Source: Nitrospirota bacterium
GTDB taxonomy: Bacteria > Nitrospirota > Thermodesulfovibrionia > Thermodesulfovibrionales > Dissulfurispiraceae
DNA: 64,000 nt
Reading direction: 5' to 3'
Assembly: GCA_963710375.1 (NCBI GenBank)
Contig: CAVPZX010000003.1
Location: 64,001 to 128,000 of the forward strand
Below the pieces are notes generated by a model. That model had not been told where the DNA came from. It made no database searches and was given only the letters and a program-made list of their open reading frames with translations. Position numbers and translations under genes: made by a program. Below are positions 21,194 through 30,959 of the stretch, piece after piece (position 1 is the first letter of the stretch; each line of letters opens with the position of its first letter).

Positions 21194-21823
21194 ATGACTG
21201 ATAAAGTAACGATAGAGAGCAGCACCGAAGAGAAGCACACCGGGTATACGGGTGCAAAGTTCGGCATGTGGTTTTTTCTTATGACCGAACTGATTTTTTT
21301 TGGAGGGTTGTTCCTGTTGTATTCTGTTTACCGTTTTAAATATCCCGCTGACTTTCATATTGCTGCGCTCGATGAAAATATTGTAATCGGTTCGTTGAAC
21401 ACGATCATTCTTATTACCAGCAGCTTTACTATGGCACTTTCTATCAGCGCAGTCAGAAAAGGAAACAATTTGCTGTCTTCATGGCTCCAGGCAGGCACCA
21501 TTGCGATGGGATGTATTTTTCTGGTTAACAAATATATTGAATGGAGCGACAAGATAGTACGGGGCATTTATCCCGGCTCATCTTTGATGATGCAGAAGAA
21601 AAAGGGCGAGATACTCTTCTACGGCCTTTATTACGTTATGACCGGCATACATGCATTTCATGTCATTGTCGGCATAGGTATTATAAGTGTGATGTTTTTT
21701 TTGACCCGGAGCGGGGCAATCAACAGCGGGTCATTCATAAAGCTTGAAAATACCGGGCTATACTGGCATTTTGTGGACATAGTCTGGATTTACCTTTTTC
21801 CGCTCTTTTATCTGGTCACTTAA
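21194..21823 (+). CDS. coxC: Cytochrome c oxidase subunit III
   Basis: GMWFFLMTE..FFGGLF, YYVMTGIHAFHV, GLYWHFVDIVW. Confidence 0.93.
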   Translation: MTDKVTIESSTEEKHTGYTGAKFGMWFFLMTELIFFGGLFLLYSVYRFKYPADFHIAALDENIVIGSLNTIILITSSFTMALSISAVRKGNNLLSSWLQAGTIAMGCIFLVNKYIEWSDKIVRGIYPGSSLMMQKKKGEILFYGLYYVMTGIHAFHVIVGIGIISVMFFLTRSGAINSGSFIKLENTGLYWHFVDIVWIYLFPLFYLVT

Positions 21824-21831
21824 AAAAATAC

Positions 21832-21950
21832 AGGTTAAGGCTAAGGTTAAGGCAAAGGCAAAGGCAAAGGACATTGTAATTATGTATAAAAGGATAAATA
21901 TGTTTTTTTCGCTGTTCGTTTGCTTAACCTTAACCTTGACCTCAACCTTG
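21832..21950. repeat. Inverted hexamer tandem repeat (AAGGYT/AAGGCA run ... ACCTTA-type run)
   Basis: aggttaaggctaaggttaaggcaaaggcaaaggcaaagg (21832-21870) and cttaaccttaaccttgacctcaaccttg (21923-21950). Confidence 0.85.
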
Positions 21951-21960
21951 GATTTTTGAC

Positions 21961-22248
21961 ATGGAAGATGCACGCACTCATATAACGAGTTACAAAACAT
22001 ATGCATTCATATGGGCGGGTCTTTTGTTTCTGACCGGCCTTACCATCGCGGTTGGAAGAATGAATTTCACGAGTTTCAGCGTGCTGATCTGTCTTGCTAT
22101 CGCGTCCATAAAGGCCCTGCTCGTCCTCATGTTTTTCATGCATGTCCGTTATGAAGGGGCTTTTCTCAGGGCTGTAATTTTGCTCACGGTTTTTACTTTG
22201 ACGTTCATGATAGGGCTTACGTTTGTGGATGTATGGTACAGATACTGA
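21961..22248 (+). CDS. coxD: Cytochrome c oxidase subunit IV
   Basis: Three TMs with KALLVLMFFMHVRYE. Confidence 0.88.
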   Translation: MEDARTHITSYKTYAFIWAGLLFLTGLTIAVGRMNFTSFSVLICLAIASIKALLVLMFFMHVRYEGAFLRAVILLTVFTLTFMIGLTFVDVWYRY

Positions 22249-22309
22249 TGATGAAAAATAATTTTATTGCGTTCAGCGCTCAGCGATGCAGCGCGCCTAA
22301 GAGTTGACT

Positions 22310-23212
22310 ATGCTATCGGAAATTTCAAATACCGCTGGAGAGATAGATCTTGCTTTCCTATACATAACGGGGATGTCTGTGGTCCTTCTTGTGCTGATCA
22401 CTTCCTTCATGCTGTATTCCCTTATCAGGTATAATGCGAAAAGACATCCCCACGCTGAACAGCTCGAAGGAAATGTCGCCACAGAGATAATCCTGACGAT
22501 TATCCCGGTAATTCTGGTGCTCGTCATGTTTTATATTGGATGGACTAATTTTTCCTATTTGCGCAATGCGCCGAAAGACGCCATGCCCGTTAAAGTCACC
22601 GGCATGCAGTGGTCCTGGCGGTTTGAATACAAGAACGGAAAACAGAATGATGTGCTCAATGTGCCTGTCGGTAAACCGGTTGAGTTGATTCTGACCTCTG
22701 CTGACGTGATCCACAGTCTTTATATCCCGGCTTTCAAAATAAAAGAGGATGCGGTGCCTGGTATGAAGACGCACTTATGGTTTAAAGCAAATCAACTTGG
22801 ATCATATGATATTTATTGCACCGAATATTGCGGGACCGGACATTCTCATATGCTGTCAAAGGTGGTCGTTATGGCTCAGGATGCGTTTGACAAATGGTAT
22901 GCCAGCGCCGCGCCCGCCGGGAAAGAGAACAAGGGCTTGCACTTGTTGCAGGACAAGGGATGCTTGGGCTGCCATACTACCGACGGCACGAAGAAAATAG
23001 GTCCGACATTTAAGGGGATATTCGGCAGGAAGGAAACAGTCATCACCGACGGCAGGGAGCATGAACTTACTGTTGACGAAGCCTTTCTAAGAAAGGCTGT
23101 CCTTCAACCCGGCGCTGATCTGGTGAAAGGGTATCCCAATATAATGCCTAAGCTGCCGGTGACACCGGAGGAACTCGACTCAATCATTGTGGCTCTGAAG
23201 GAATTGAAGTGA
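22310..23212 (+). CDS. coxB: Cytochrome c oxidase subunit II with C-terminal cytochrome c domain
   Basis: CuA ligands DVIHS and CTEYCGTGHSHM; CLGCH heme motif; alternative TTG start at 22304. Confidence 0.94.
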   Translation: MLSEISNTAGEIDLAFLYITGMSVVLLVLITSFMLYSLIRYNAKRHPHAEQLEGNVATEIILTIIPVILVLVMFYIGWTNFSYLRNAPKDAMPVKVTGMQWSWRFEYKNGKQNDVLNVPVGKPVELILTSADVIHSLYIPAFKIKEDAVPGMKTHLWFKANQLGSYDIYCTEYCGTGHSHMLSKVVVMAQDAFDKWYASAAPAGKENKGLHLLQDKGCLGCHTTDGTKKIGPTFKGIFGRKETVITDGREHELTVDEAFLRKAVLQPGADLVKGYPNIMPKLPVTPEELDSIIVALKELK

Positions 23213-24084
23213 GTACCACTTTGGCGAAGCTCCATTCTTACTCGGAACTTTCCAAGATACGGATTTCTTTTTTTTCTGCTCTGTCTGCTTCTGCCTGCTT
23301 TGTGCTTGCATCCGGCGGCTTTACAATGCAGTGCGCACTTGTAACTGCCGGTGTTTTTTTCCTGGCCTCCGGTTCCTGCGCCATGAACCATTATCAGGAA
23401 AGGGACACGGACCGGCTCATGCCGAGGACCTGGGACCGGCCTATCCCTTCGGGCAGGATAAGACCCGGGCATGCATTGGTCTTTTCTCTTTTATTAATGT
23501 GCACTGGAAGCGCCGTACTCCTTGCATTCAGCGGCATAGAAGTCTTGCTCCTTGGGCTTTTTGCTGCTATCTGGTATAACGGAGTTTACGTGTACCTCAA
23601 GAAGATAAGCGCTTTTTCGATAATTCCGGGCGCGCTAACCGGGGCGGTGCCTCCTGCTATAGGATGGATAAGCGGCGGAGGAATGTTTTTTTCACCGGCA
23701 CTTGGCGCGCTTTGTCTCTGTTTTTTTATCTGGCAGGTCCCTCACTCCTGGTTATTGTATCTCGAATACGGCGGGGAATATGAAAAAGCCGGTTTGCCGT
23801 CGCTGACACGCATATGGAGCAGGCGGCAGATCATAAGGGCTACTTTTGTCTGGACACTCTGCACTGCTGTAATCTGCCTGATATTCTCTCTTTATTTGGC
23901 GGTCATTGCGCCTCTCATTCGCATTGCGCTGCTTGTCTCGGCGTTATGGATGTCCGGCAGCGCCGTAATGCTTTTAAATGGGGAAAGGAGCAGGAATGCC
24001 CGCGCCTTCCTCTTTGGAAAACTGAACGCCTATCTTTTTGTCATCATGACACTGCTCGTCTGCAGCAGGCTGTTCGATCTATAG
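23209..24084 (+). CDS. ctaB: Protoheme IX farnesyltransferase (heme O synthase)
   Basis: NHYQERDTDRLMPRTWDRPIPSG, GAVPPAIGW, WQVPH; last gene of the cox operon. Confidence 0.9.
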   Translation: MSTTLAKLHSYSELSKIRISFFSALSASACFVLASGGFTMQCALVTAGVFFLASGSCAMNHYQERDTDRLMPRTWDRPIPSGRIRPGHALVFSLLLMCTGSAVLLAFSGIEVLLLGLFAAIWYNGVYVYLKKISAFSIIPGALTGAVPPAIGWISGGGMFFSPALGALCLCFFIWQVPHSWLLYLEYGGEYEKAGLPSLTRIWSRRQIIRATFVWTLCTAVICLIFSLYLAVIAPLIRIALLVSALWMSGSAVMLLNGERSRNARAFLFGKLNAYLFVIMTLLVCSRLFDL

Positions 24085-24408
24085 CCTGAAACCGTTCTCG
24101 CTTAAAAAAGAAATGTTATTAGGAAAGACGCGCTCTCAACACCGGGCCTTTCTTTTATCTAATTACTCTTAATGAAATTTCTGGAAGTGATCTTTCCTGG
24201 CTTCACCGACTTATCAATCCTAATAGGAAACCAAAACGTCATCAACAGTGCAACCAGAATAAAACACCTTCGGAAAAACTTGAGGACGAGAAGTACAGCC
24301 CCGCTAACAAACACTTTAGCGATGAGGACTTCGGGCAACAACTGCTTCCTGCAAATCGAGACCTGTGCTGTACTTCTCGTCCATGGAGATTTCAATAGGA
24401 AATTGATA

Positions 24409-24963
24409 CTAAGGAATTTGGATAAGCTTTAATGCTACGCCGATAAGTGCGGCCTGTTCTTTGCTCATTTCGCCCAAACTGTCACGTCGTTCTGTCATGC
24501 GCCGAAAACGAGTGAAGTCTGTCGGTAACCCTTCGGTATCCACAAGATAAGCAATTTTCTGGATAATCCCCCTGATGTCTTCCGGATGTTTTATCCGACC
24601 TTTTACCTTGGGAAAATATTTCATCTTCAGCCGGCCTCTGGCACTGTCAAACTCGATATCCGTAACTCGGTGCAAAGCGAGGATGACATAATCACCGAGC
24701 GCTTGCCAAAAGATCGCATCGTGATCTTTCCAGGACGGAAGATAAAAGCGCAATAAGGCAGGCTGCTTTTTTCCGTTTGACAGAATGCTCTTATAAAGAA
24801 TAACAGGGTAATTATATACCTCATGATTATCGATCGCTTCTAATTTTTCAAACAAATTGATTCTTTGCTGCTTGCGAAATATCTTATCGATCTGGTCTAA
24901 TACGCCGCCCTGTCCATGACCTTCTTGAACTTTTTCGAGTGCCGTTTCTAAAGTGTTTGTCAT
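24409..24963 (-). CDS. Hypothetical protein (184 aa)
   Basis: ATG with AAGGAG RBS; no family recognised. Confidence 0.6.
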   Translation of the reverse strand: MTNTLETALEKVQEGHGQGGVLDQIDKIFRKQQRINLFEKLEAIDNHEVYNYPVILYKSILSNGKKQPALLRFYLPSWKDHDAIFWQALGDYVILALHRVTDIEFDSARGRLKMKYFPKVKGRIKHPEDIRGIIQKIAYLVDTEGLPTDFTRFRRMTERRDSLGEMSKEQAALIGVALKLIQIP

Positions 24964-25054
24964 TGTTCGACTCCTTGCAGTATTCTAGGCTGTGAAGTAA
25001 GCTGCATAGCCGCCAGATGAAGCACATGGCTAATCTGGCTTGAGTCTGCCCCAA

Positions 25055-25070
25055 TGCAGTCTTTATGCCA
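25055..25070 (-). promoter_or_regulatory. Putative sigma-54 (-24/-12) promoter upstream of the 24409-24963 gene
   Basis: Minus strand TGGCATAAAGACTGCA: GG-N10-GC spacing, about 90 nt upstream of the ATG. Confidence 0.45.
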
Positions 25071-25401
25071 CAAACAATCCATTTAACAGCAAGTCTTGAT
25101 TTTCCTTGAAGCTATATCAATTGCTCATTCCAGATTTCAAGAATCCATCGAGAGGCCTGTTTAACATATTACCATAAGCGACTGTAATGGGAAACTCCTT
25201 CCTGCAAATCAACAGTAGTTTCCAGTTTTAATAACTATTTTATTCCATTCGTAACCAACGTCTTTGAGGCATCGATAAGTTTCTCTTTACCCACATATTA
25301 CATGGGCTTCAGATGAATAGAAAAGGCAAATCATTAGAGGCGTGTAATTATATTGTTCATGAACTGGATTTTTTTTCTTTTTGAAGGTAAAATGAAAAGT
25401 T

Positions 25402-26034
25402 ATGGATATTGTACCAATCAAGATTGATGTTGGTGAGGGGAAGGCGTGGGACGAGGTCTGCGGGCTTTCCCGCGAAGATGTGAGCGGGCGGACAGCCGCG
25501 GTCTATGATGAAAAGGCAGGGGCCTATATACTGCGCTGCTTCGGCATAGATTTCCATGTCGACCCCTGCGAGATGAGAATTGCTTGTCCGTCAGATAAGG
25601 GAGCGATTTTTATGGACAAGCTGAAAACATTTTTCCGGCTTACGGTGCTGTGCTATATGGCTAGCGCCAAAGATATCCCTGCGACCGGGAGGCTCATCAG
25701 GCCGGTTGATGTCAAGGGAGGCCACCGTTTTTCAGCCGGCACCCATGTGCTTCCGCTTGATGCCATCGCAGCCAGATATGGTAAAGATAAAGAGGGATTC
25801 TTAGAGCGGGGCAAGGCCATGGGCGCGGAGGTTGTCACCGGCTATGGGGATGCCTGCCTCAGGCTCTACCCGCTGCCGCGGGTACCGATAACACTGGTGT
25901 TGTGGCTCGAAGATGAGGAGTTCCCTGCAAAGGTGGACCTGTTTTTCGATTCGACCTGCGAATATCAGCTTTCTCGTTCAGATACCATCTGGGCGTCGGC
26001 CCTGATGTGCACCGTAATCATGGCCGAAGCATGA
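25402..26034 (+). CDS. DUF3786-family protein
   Basis: GG..F..G.H.LPL and LYPLPRVPITLVLWLEDEEFP...LFFD pattern. Confidence 0.75.
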   Translation: MDIVPIKIDVGEGKAWDEVCGLSREDVSGRTAAVYDEKAGAYILRCFGIDFHVDPCEMRIACPSDKGAIFMDKLKTFFRLTVLCYMASAKDIPATGRLIRPVDVKGGHRFSAGTHVLPLDAIAARYGKDKEGFLERGKAMGAEVVTGYGDACLRLYPLPRVPITLVLWLEDEEFPAKVDLFFDSTCEYQLSRSDTIWASALMCTVIMAEA

Positions 26035-26092
26035 CACATCTTCATTTCAGGGTGAGAGAGTTTAACAAGTATGAAAATGTTAATATATAAGG

Positions 26093-26749
26093 GTGTCCGA
26101 AATTAATAGTGATTCCCTTATTGCCGAGATAGAACTGCATCAACTGATGTCACCTATACGGACCGACACGCCTGAGAAGGCCCTGAGAGTTGCAGAGGCG
26201 TGCATTAACGGAGGGTTTCGTTTTGTAGAAATCACCTTTTCCGTACCTGACGCTGAAGGTGTAATAGCGGAACTCAGTCGAAGAAAAGATGCGGTGATAG
26301 GCGCAGGCACTGTACTAAGCATCAGCGAAGCTAAACGTGCGCTGAAGGCAGGTGCGGCATACATTGTCAGCCCGAATGCGGATGAAAGCGTGATAAAGTT
26401 TACAAAGAAGGAGGGGGTTGTTTCAATTCCAGGTGCATGTACCCCCACCGAGATTTACAGTGCGTATAAGGCGGGTGGCGATATAATCAAGCTGTTCCCT
26501 TTTGTGGAGATCGGCGGCCTGGATTTCCTTAAAACTATAAGGGGTCCGTTGCCCTTTATAAAATATATGCTGTGCGGGGGCGTCAACTTCGAAAATTTCG
26601 AGAAGTATCTCGAAGCGAGAGCCTCCTGCATCCTTGTCGGGTCCTCAGTACTGCGACGCGAATTTGTGGCAGCGGAGGACTGGGCTTCTATAGCCGGGCT
26701 TGCGAGGGAATTTGTCCTCAGGAGGGACAAATGGCGGGCGACACAATAA
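26093..26749 (+). CDS. eda: KDPG/KHG aldolase
   Basis: GGFRFVEITF, GAGTVL, YIVSP, TPTEI, KLFP. Confidence 0.85.
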   Translation: MSEINSDSLIAEIELHQLMSPIRTDTPEKALRVAEACINGGFRFVEITFSVPDAEGVIAELSRRKDAVIGAGTVLSISEAKRALKAGAAYIVSPNADESVIKFTKKEGVVSIPGACTPTEIYSAYKAGGDIIKLFPFVEIGGLDFLKTIRGPLPFIKYMLCGGVNFENFEKYLEARASCILVGSSVLRREFVAAEDWASIAGLAREFVLRRDKWRATQ

Positions 26750-26825
26750 ATGTTGAATGTTGAATTCTGAATGTTGAATTAATCAAACAGCTATAATTTA
26801 TCATTCAAAATTCAACATCCAAAAT
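26748..26825. repeat. Inverted heptamer tandem repeat (TGTTGAA run ... ATTCAAC-type run)
   Basis: tgttgaa tgttgaa ttctgaa tgttgaa, then attcaaa attcaac atccaaa. Confidence 0.8.
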
Positions 26826-26849
26826 CTTATTTTACAGGGAGGCTTCATT

Positions 26850-27800
26850 ATGTATCGTCCACAGATAAAGGTCCTGGACTGCACCATCCGCGATGGCGGA
26901 TTGATCAATAAATGGCAGTTCGGTGATGACTTTGTGAAAAAGGTCTTTCAGGCCCTTTCACGGGCAGGTGTCGATTACATGGAAATAGGCTATAAATCAT
27001 CTGAGAAATATTTCTCCCGGGCTGAAAACGGGGCATGGAAATTCTGCACCGATGATGACATAAGGCGGGCGATAGGGGAAAAGAACGGCAGCATGAAGCT
27101 TTCAGCGATGGCTGACATCGGCAGGATAGATGCCGCCGACATCCCGCCCAAAAGCGATAGCGTACTGGACATGATCAGAGTTGCCTGCTACGCCCACGAG
27201 ACAGACAAGGGGATCAGTCTTGCCCATCATTGCCAGGACAAGGGCTACGAAGTGACAATTAACCTTATGGCCGTCTCAAAGGTTATCGAACGTGACCTGG
27301 ATGAGGCCCTAGACGACCTCTCGAAGAGCAGCGTGCCTGTTATTTATCTTGTAGACAGTTTTGGCGCCATGTATTCAGAGCAGATCCATTTTTTCGCCAA
27401 GAAATACTTTGAAGCCATGCCGGGGAAGGAACTCGGCATTCATACCCACAACAACCAGCAGCTAGGCTTTGCCAATACCATAGAGGCGATTATTGCGGGA
27501 ATCAACCGGATTGATGCTACGATCTACGGCATGGGAAGGGGCGCCGGTAACTGCCCTCTCGAACTCCTGCTCAGTTTCCTCAAGAACCCGAAATTCGACT
27601 TAGGACCTGTCCTGGAGGTTATCCAGGAATTATTCATCCCGTTGAAGGCTGAGGTTGAATGGGGATACCACATACCCTATATGATTACCGGTATACTTAA
27701 CGAACATCCAAGAAGCGGGATGAAGGCCATGGCAGCGAAGGAATTGCCCAACCTCATGCAGTTATATGAAGACTTGAGAGATGGCACCCCCCTAGATTAG
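26850..27800 (+). CDS. DRE-TIM metallolyase, 4-hydroxy-2-oxovalerate aldolase-like
   Basis: LDCTIRDGG, VDSFG, GIHTHNN, GMGRGAGNC. Confidence 0.8.
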   Translation: MYRPQIKVLDCTIRDGGLINKWQFGDDFVKKVFQALSRAGVDYMEIGYKSSEKYFSRAENGAWKFCTDDDIRRAIGEKNGSMKLSAMADIGRIDAADIPPKSDSVLDMIRVACYAHETDKGISLAHHCQDKGYEVTINLMAVSKVIERDLDEALDDLSKSSVPVIYLVDSFGAMYSEQIHFFAKKYFEAMPGKELGIHTHNNQQLGFANTIEAIIAGINRIDATIYGMGRGAGNCPLELLLSFLKNPKFDLGPVLEVIQELFIPLKAEVEWGYHIPYMITGILNEHPRSGMKAMAAKELPNLMQLYEDLRDGTPLD

Positions 27801-27804
27801 CACC

Positions 27805-29382
27805 TTGGAACAGAGCCATTTAAAGTTAATGACCAAATATGTCCTGCTGCTGGTGATCGTAGCGCTTTCCCTGTCTTTTTTCAGACTCGGGTTTGTTAAA
27901 CTCTTTGACGTCGATGAGGCGGTCTTCTCAGCCGCGACCAAAGAAATGGTACAGAGCGGCGACTTTATAACTCCGACCTACAATGGAGAAAACCGCTATG
28001 ATAAGCCGATTCTTTTTTACTGGCTTATGGCTGCATCATACATGGCTTTCGGGATCAACAACTTTGCTGCGCGCTTCCCTTCCGCTCTTGCCGCCGTATG
28101 TCTCGCATTGGCGCTTTTTTTATTTGTAAGGCACTCACATGGGGAGAAGAGGGCTTTTTATGCGGCACTCTCATTCGTGCTGTCGATCTACTTCTTTATT
28201 TATTCGCGCGCTGCCGTGACTGATATGTCTTTGACTCTGTTCATCTGCGCCTCGCTGTTTTCGTTCTACCTGTCCACTACATACCGTAGTATTGCTCCGG
28301 TAAAGGCTTCCAGGTATCTCTGCGGGTTTTACGCTTTTTCAGCGCTAGCCTTTCTTACCAAGGGATTAATAGGAATAGTCTTCCCTTTTAGTATAGCCCT
28401 TATTTATCTTTATGCCGTTGAAGGAAAGGGCGGTCTCAGAAATATAGTCACCGTCAAAGGTATTCTTATCTTCCTCATTCTGTCGGCCCCCTGGTATTTT
28501 GCTCAGGTCTCCATTAACGGGAAGGAATTTATCGATCAATTTTTCATAAAACACCATTTTAAACGATACGTCGGGGTTGTATCAGGCCACAGCGGGCCGC
28601 TCTACTATTACATCCCTGTTTTGCTGATCGGGCTTTTCCCCTGGGCGGCTTTCCTTCCAGCTGGAATCCGGGCTGTTTTCAGAGAGAAGGACAGGCTCAA
28701 TCTGTTTGCCTTTATCTGGGCGGCATTTGTTGTAGTCTTTTTTTCATTATCCACAACGAAGCTGCCTAATTATATTCTCCCCGCCGTTCCTGCTGCAGTT
28801 ATACTGATTGCTTCCGGGATGACTGAAGGGGAAAAGAACTGGCACCGCTTCGCCTATCTGCTCATGGCGCTCCTCGCAGCAGCGCTGGGCTGCGGCCTGG
28901 TGGTTTCAAGGTCATACCTGATCAGATACGGAATCGCGGGAGACGGATGGCTCATTATCTCCGTCGGGGTTATGGCTGCTTTTATACTGGCTGATTTATA
29001 CGCAGTCATCCGCAATAAAAGACCGTATCCAGTCCTGTTCTGCCTTACGGGACTCCTCATAGTGGTACTGTTAGTGAAAGCGCTGCCGGCTACGGGCGAT
29101 TATCTTCAGGGGACATTGTACAGGTATAGCTTATATGCTAAAGAAAAACTACCTCCTTATGAGCCCGTTATTACATACGCCATAAACAAGCCGAGCGTTG
29201 TTTTTTATTCTGGGCATAAGATTATTCATGCCGGCAGTGAAAACGAGCTGAAAGCGCTTATGGATGCAGCACCGCATCATGCGCTTGTTATTGCAAAGAC
29301 AAAGGACAGAGGGAAAATGGAATCCCTCGGTTTCAATGTTTTGGAGATGGACTCCCAATATGGACTTTTTGAAAAAAAATAA
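27805..29382 (+). CDS. ArnT/GT39-like lipid glycosyltransferase
   Basis: DVDE, DKPILFYW, ARFPSAL, LTKG, TKLPNYILP; many TMs; alternative ATG at 27829. Confidence 0.88.
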   Translation: MEQSHLKLMTKYVLLLVIVALSLSFFRLGFVKLFDVDEAVFSAATKEMVQSGDFITPTYNGENRYDKPILFYWLMAASYMAFGINNFAARFPSALAAVCLALALFLFVRHSHGEKRAFYAALSFVLSIYFFIYSRAAVTDMSLTLFICASLFSFYLSTTYRSIAPVKASRYLCGFYAFSALAFLTKGLIGIVFPFSIALIYLYAVEGKGGLRNIVTVKGILIFLILSAPWYFAQVSINGKEFIDQFFIKHHFKRYVGVVSGHSGPLYYYIPVLLIGLFPWAAFLPAGIRAVFREKDRLNLFAFIWAAFVVVFFSLSTTKLPNYILPAVPAAVILIASGMTEGEKNWHRFAYLLMALLAAALGCGLVVSRSYLIRYGIAGDGWLIISVGVMAAFILADLYAVIRNKRPYPVLFCLTGLLIVVLLVKALPATGDYLQGTLYRYSLYAKEKLPPYEPVITYAINKPSVVFYSGHKIIHAGSENELKALMDAAPHHALVIAKTKDRGKMESLGFNVLEMDSQYGLFEKK

Positions 29383-29974
29383 GGAATTATTGTTGGCAGG
29401 TCTGTTTTTCATCTTGTTCTTTGCCTTCCAGGACAAGGCGGTCATGGTATGGATGAAGCACCTCGATCAGAGTCGGTCTGCTTTATACATGCTGGCCAGG
29501 AAGCTTGATCCTTTCATAAATTTTATAGGCCATGGCACAACATTGCTCGTTGCAGCAGGTCTTATTTTTGTTATTGGAAAAAAGTTCAGCCCCGGCCTGT
29601 GCTATACAGGTAAAGCGCTGATGCTGAGTTTTTTTGCTGCAGGACTTTCCGTACAGCTCCTCAAGCACCTGATCGGACGGGCACGGCCCCGCATTACGGA
29701 AAGCCTTATTATAATAGGTCCATCACTTAAGGGAGGCTATGATTCCTTCCCATCCGGACATTCGGCGGTTGTCTTCTGTTTTGCATTTATTCTGGCGCAG
29801 CAATTCCCGCGATATAAGGCTATTTTCTATTGTATTGCTGCTATAATAAGCATGATGAGAGTTGTAGACCTTTCTCATTTCCCATCCGATATTGCCGCAG
29901 GAGCGGTCTTAGGCGTGATTGTGGGAAAGGTGCTTTCGGCAAAAGTATTTGACCTGGGAACTCCGGTATCGTAG
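29360..29974 (+). CDS. PAP2-family membrane phosphatase
   Basis: KHLIGRARP, SFPSGHS, RVVDLSHFPSD motifs. Confidence 0.9.
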   Translation: MDFLKKNKELLLAGLFFILFFAFQDKAVMVWMKHLDQSRSALYMLARKLDPFINFIGHGTTLLVAAGLIFVIGKKFSPGLCYTGKALMLSFFAAGLSVQLLKHLIGRARPRITESLIIIGPSLKGGYDSFPSGHSAVVFCFAFILAQQFPRYKAIFYCIAAIISMMRVVDLSHFPSDIAAGAVLGVIVGKVLSAKVFDLGTPVS

Positions 29975-29976
29975 AG

Positions 29977-30369
29977 ATGAGCGCAGAGGACAAACAGACA
30001 TCCAAGGTCCGTAATCGCCGCGTGCATATGGCTAATGAGCGCACCTTCCTGGCTTGGGTAAGGACCAGTATAGGGATAATGGCGTTCGGTTTTGTTGTGG
30101 AGAAGTTTGCTCTTTTTTTAAGGCAGTTATACTTCATACTCGGAAAGCAGCCGCTTGCAATGGCACCGGGATATTCTTCCTTATTCGGGGGCACTCTCGT
30201 TGGGTTTGGGGCATTGATGGGGGTGCTTGCCTTTGTGAGGTACCTAAAAGTGCAAAAACAGATTGATACAGATACTTACCAGCCTTCTTCGCTGCTTGAT
30301 ATAATGGTAACACTCACTCTCCTAGCCATCGCAGTATTTCTTATCATCTATTTACTTCATACCGCATAA
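29977..30369 (+). CDS. YidH/DUF202 membrane protein
   Basis: HMANERTFLAWVRT signature. Confidence 0.9.
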   Translation: MSAEDKQTSKVRNRRVHMANERTFLAWVRTSIGIMAFGFVVEKFALFLRQLYFILGKQPLAMAPGYSSLFGGTLVGFGALMGVLAFVRYLKVQKQIDTDTYQPSSLLDIMVTLTLLAIAVFLIIYLLHTA

Positions 30370-30440
30370 TTTATGAATTATGTCGGTTAGACCGTAACGT
30401 GTTATAATATCGCAGAAGCTCGATAAATGGGGGTGCTGTG

Positions 30441-30890
30441 ATGGATAAACGGGGTGTAATATTTGCTGCTTTGATTTGTCTGCTTCTTATTGCTGCGCCG
30501 GCTGTTGCTGAAATACACTGGTATACGTTGGATGAGGGCCTGAAGATGGGTGCGAGTCAGCATAAGCCTGTCATAGTAGACTTTTTCTACGGCAAGGGAT
30601 GCTCTCGCTGCGAGTTTCTGCAGAAGCACGTGTATGATAATCCTTCCATAGCTAAGAAAATATCTGATGATTTTGTCCCTGTGCGCGTTGATCTCACCAA
30701 AAAGCTTTCAGCTGAGGAAACGGCCTTTGGCAACCAGTATGATTTCAAGAATGACTGTCTCCTCATATTTCTTGACCAGAACGGTAAACTTTTTAAAGGT
30801 CCGGGCGGGAAAAAGCTTTGCTTCGCTGATTCTATAGAGCCTGAACAGTTTATTCAATACCTTGATATGGTCAAAGAGGGATATAAGTAG
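30441..30890 (+). CDS. Exported thioredoxin-fold protein (SoxW/DsbD-gamma-like)
   Basis: Signal peptide; KPVIVDF...CSRC; extra Cys residues in place of the usual TP motif. Confidence 0.75.
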   Translation: MDKRGVIFAALICLLLIAAPAVAEIHWYTLDEGLKMGASQHKPVIVDFFYGKGCSRCEFLQKHVYDNPSIAKKISDDFVPVRVDLTKKLSAEETAFGNQYDFKNDCLLIFLDQNGKLFKGPGGKKLCFADSIEPEQFIQYLDMVKEGYK

Positions 30891-30959
30891 GACTAAAGTT
30901 CAGGATTCTCGATCCTCTGGCATCTAAATTGCAGGTTCAAAAGCAAGGAGGTGTCAGAT

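Noticed and set aside
24159..24432. Short ORFs 24159-24395(-) and 24172-24432(+), or an AAGCTT-frameshift extension of the 184-aa gene
   Set aside because: No recognisable motifs or RBS. Without homologs an extension cannot be supported, so this site was not counted among the AGCT frameshifts.
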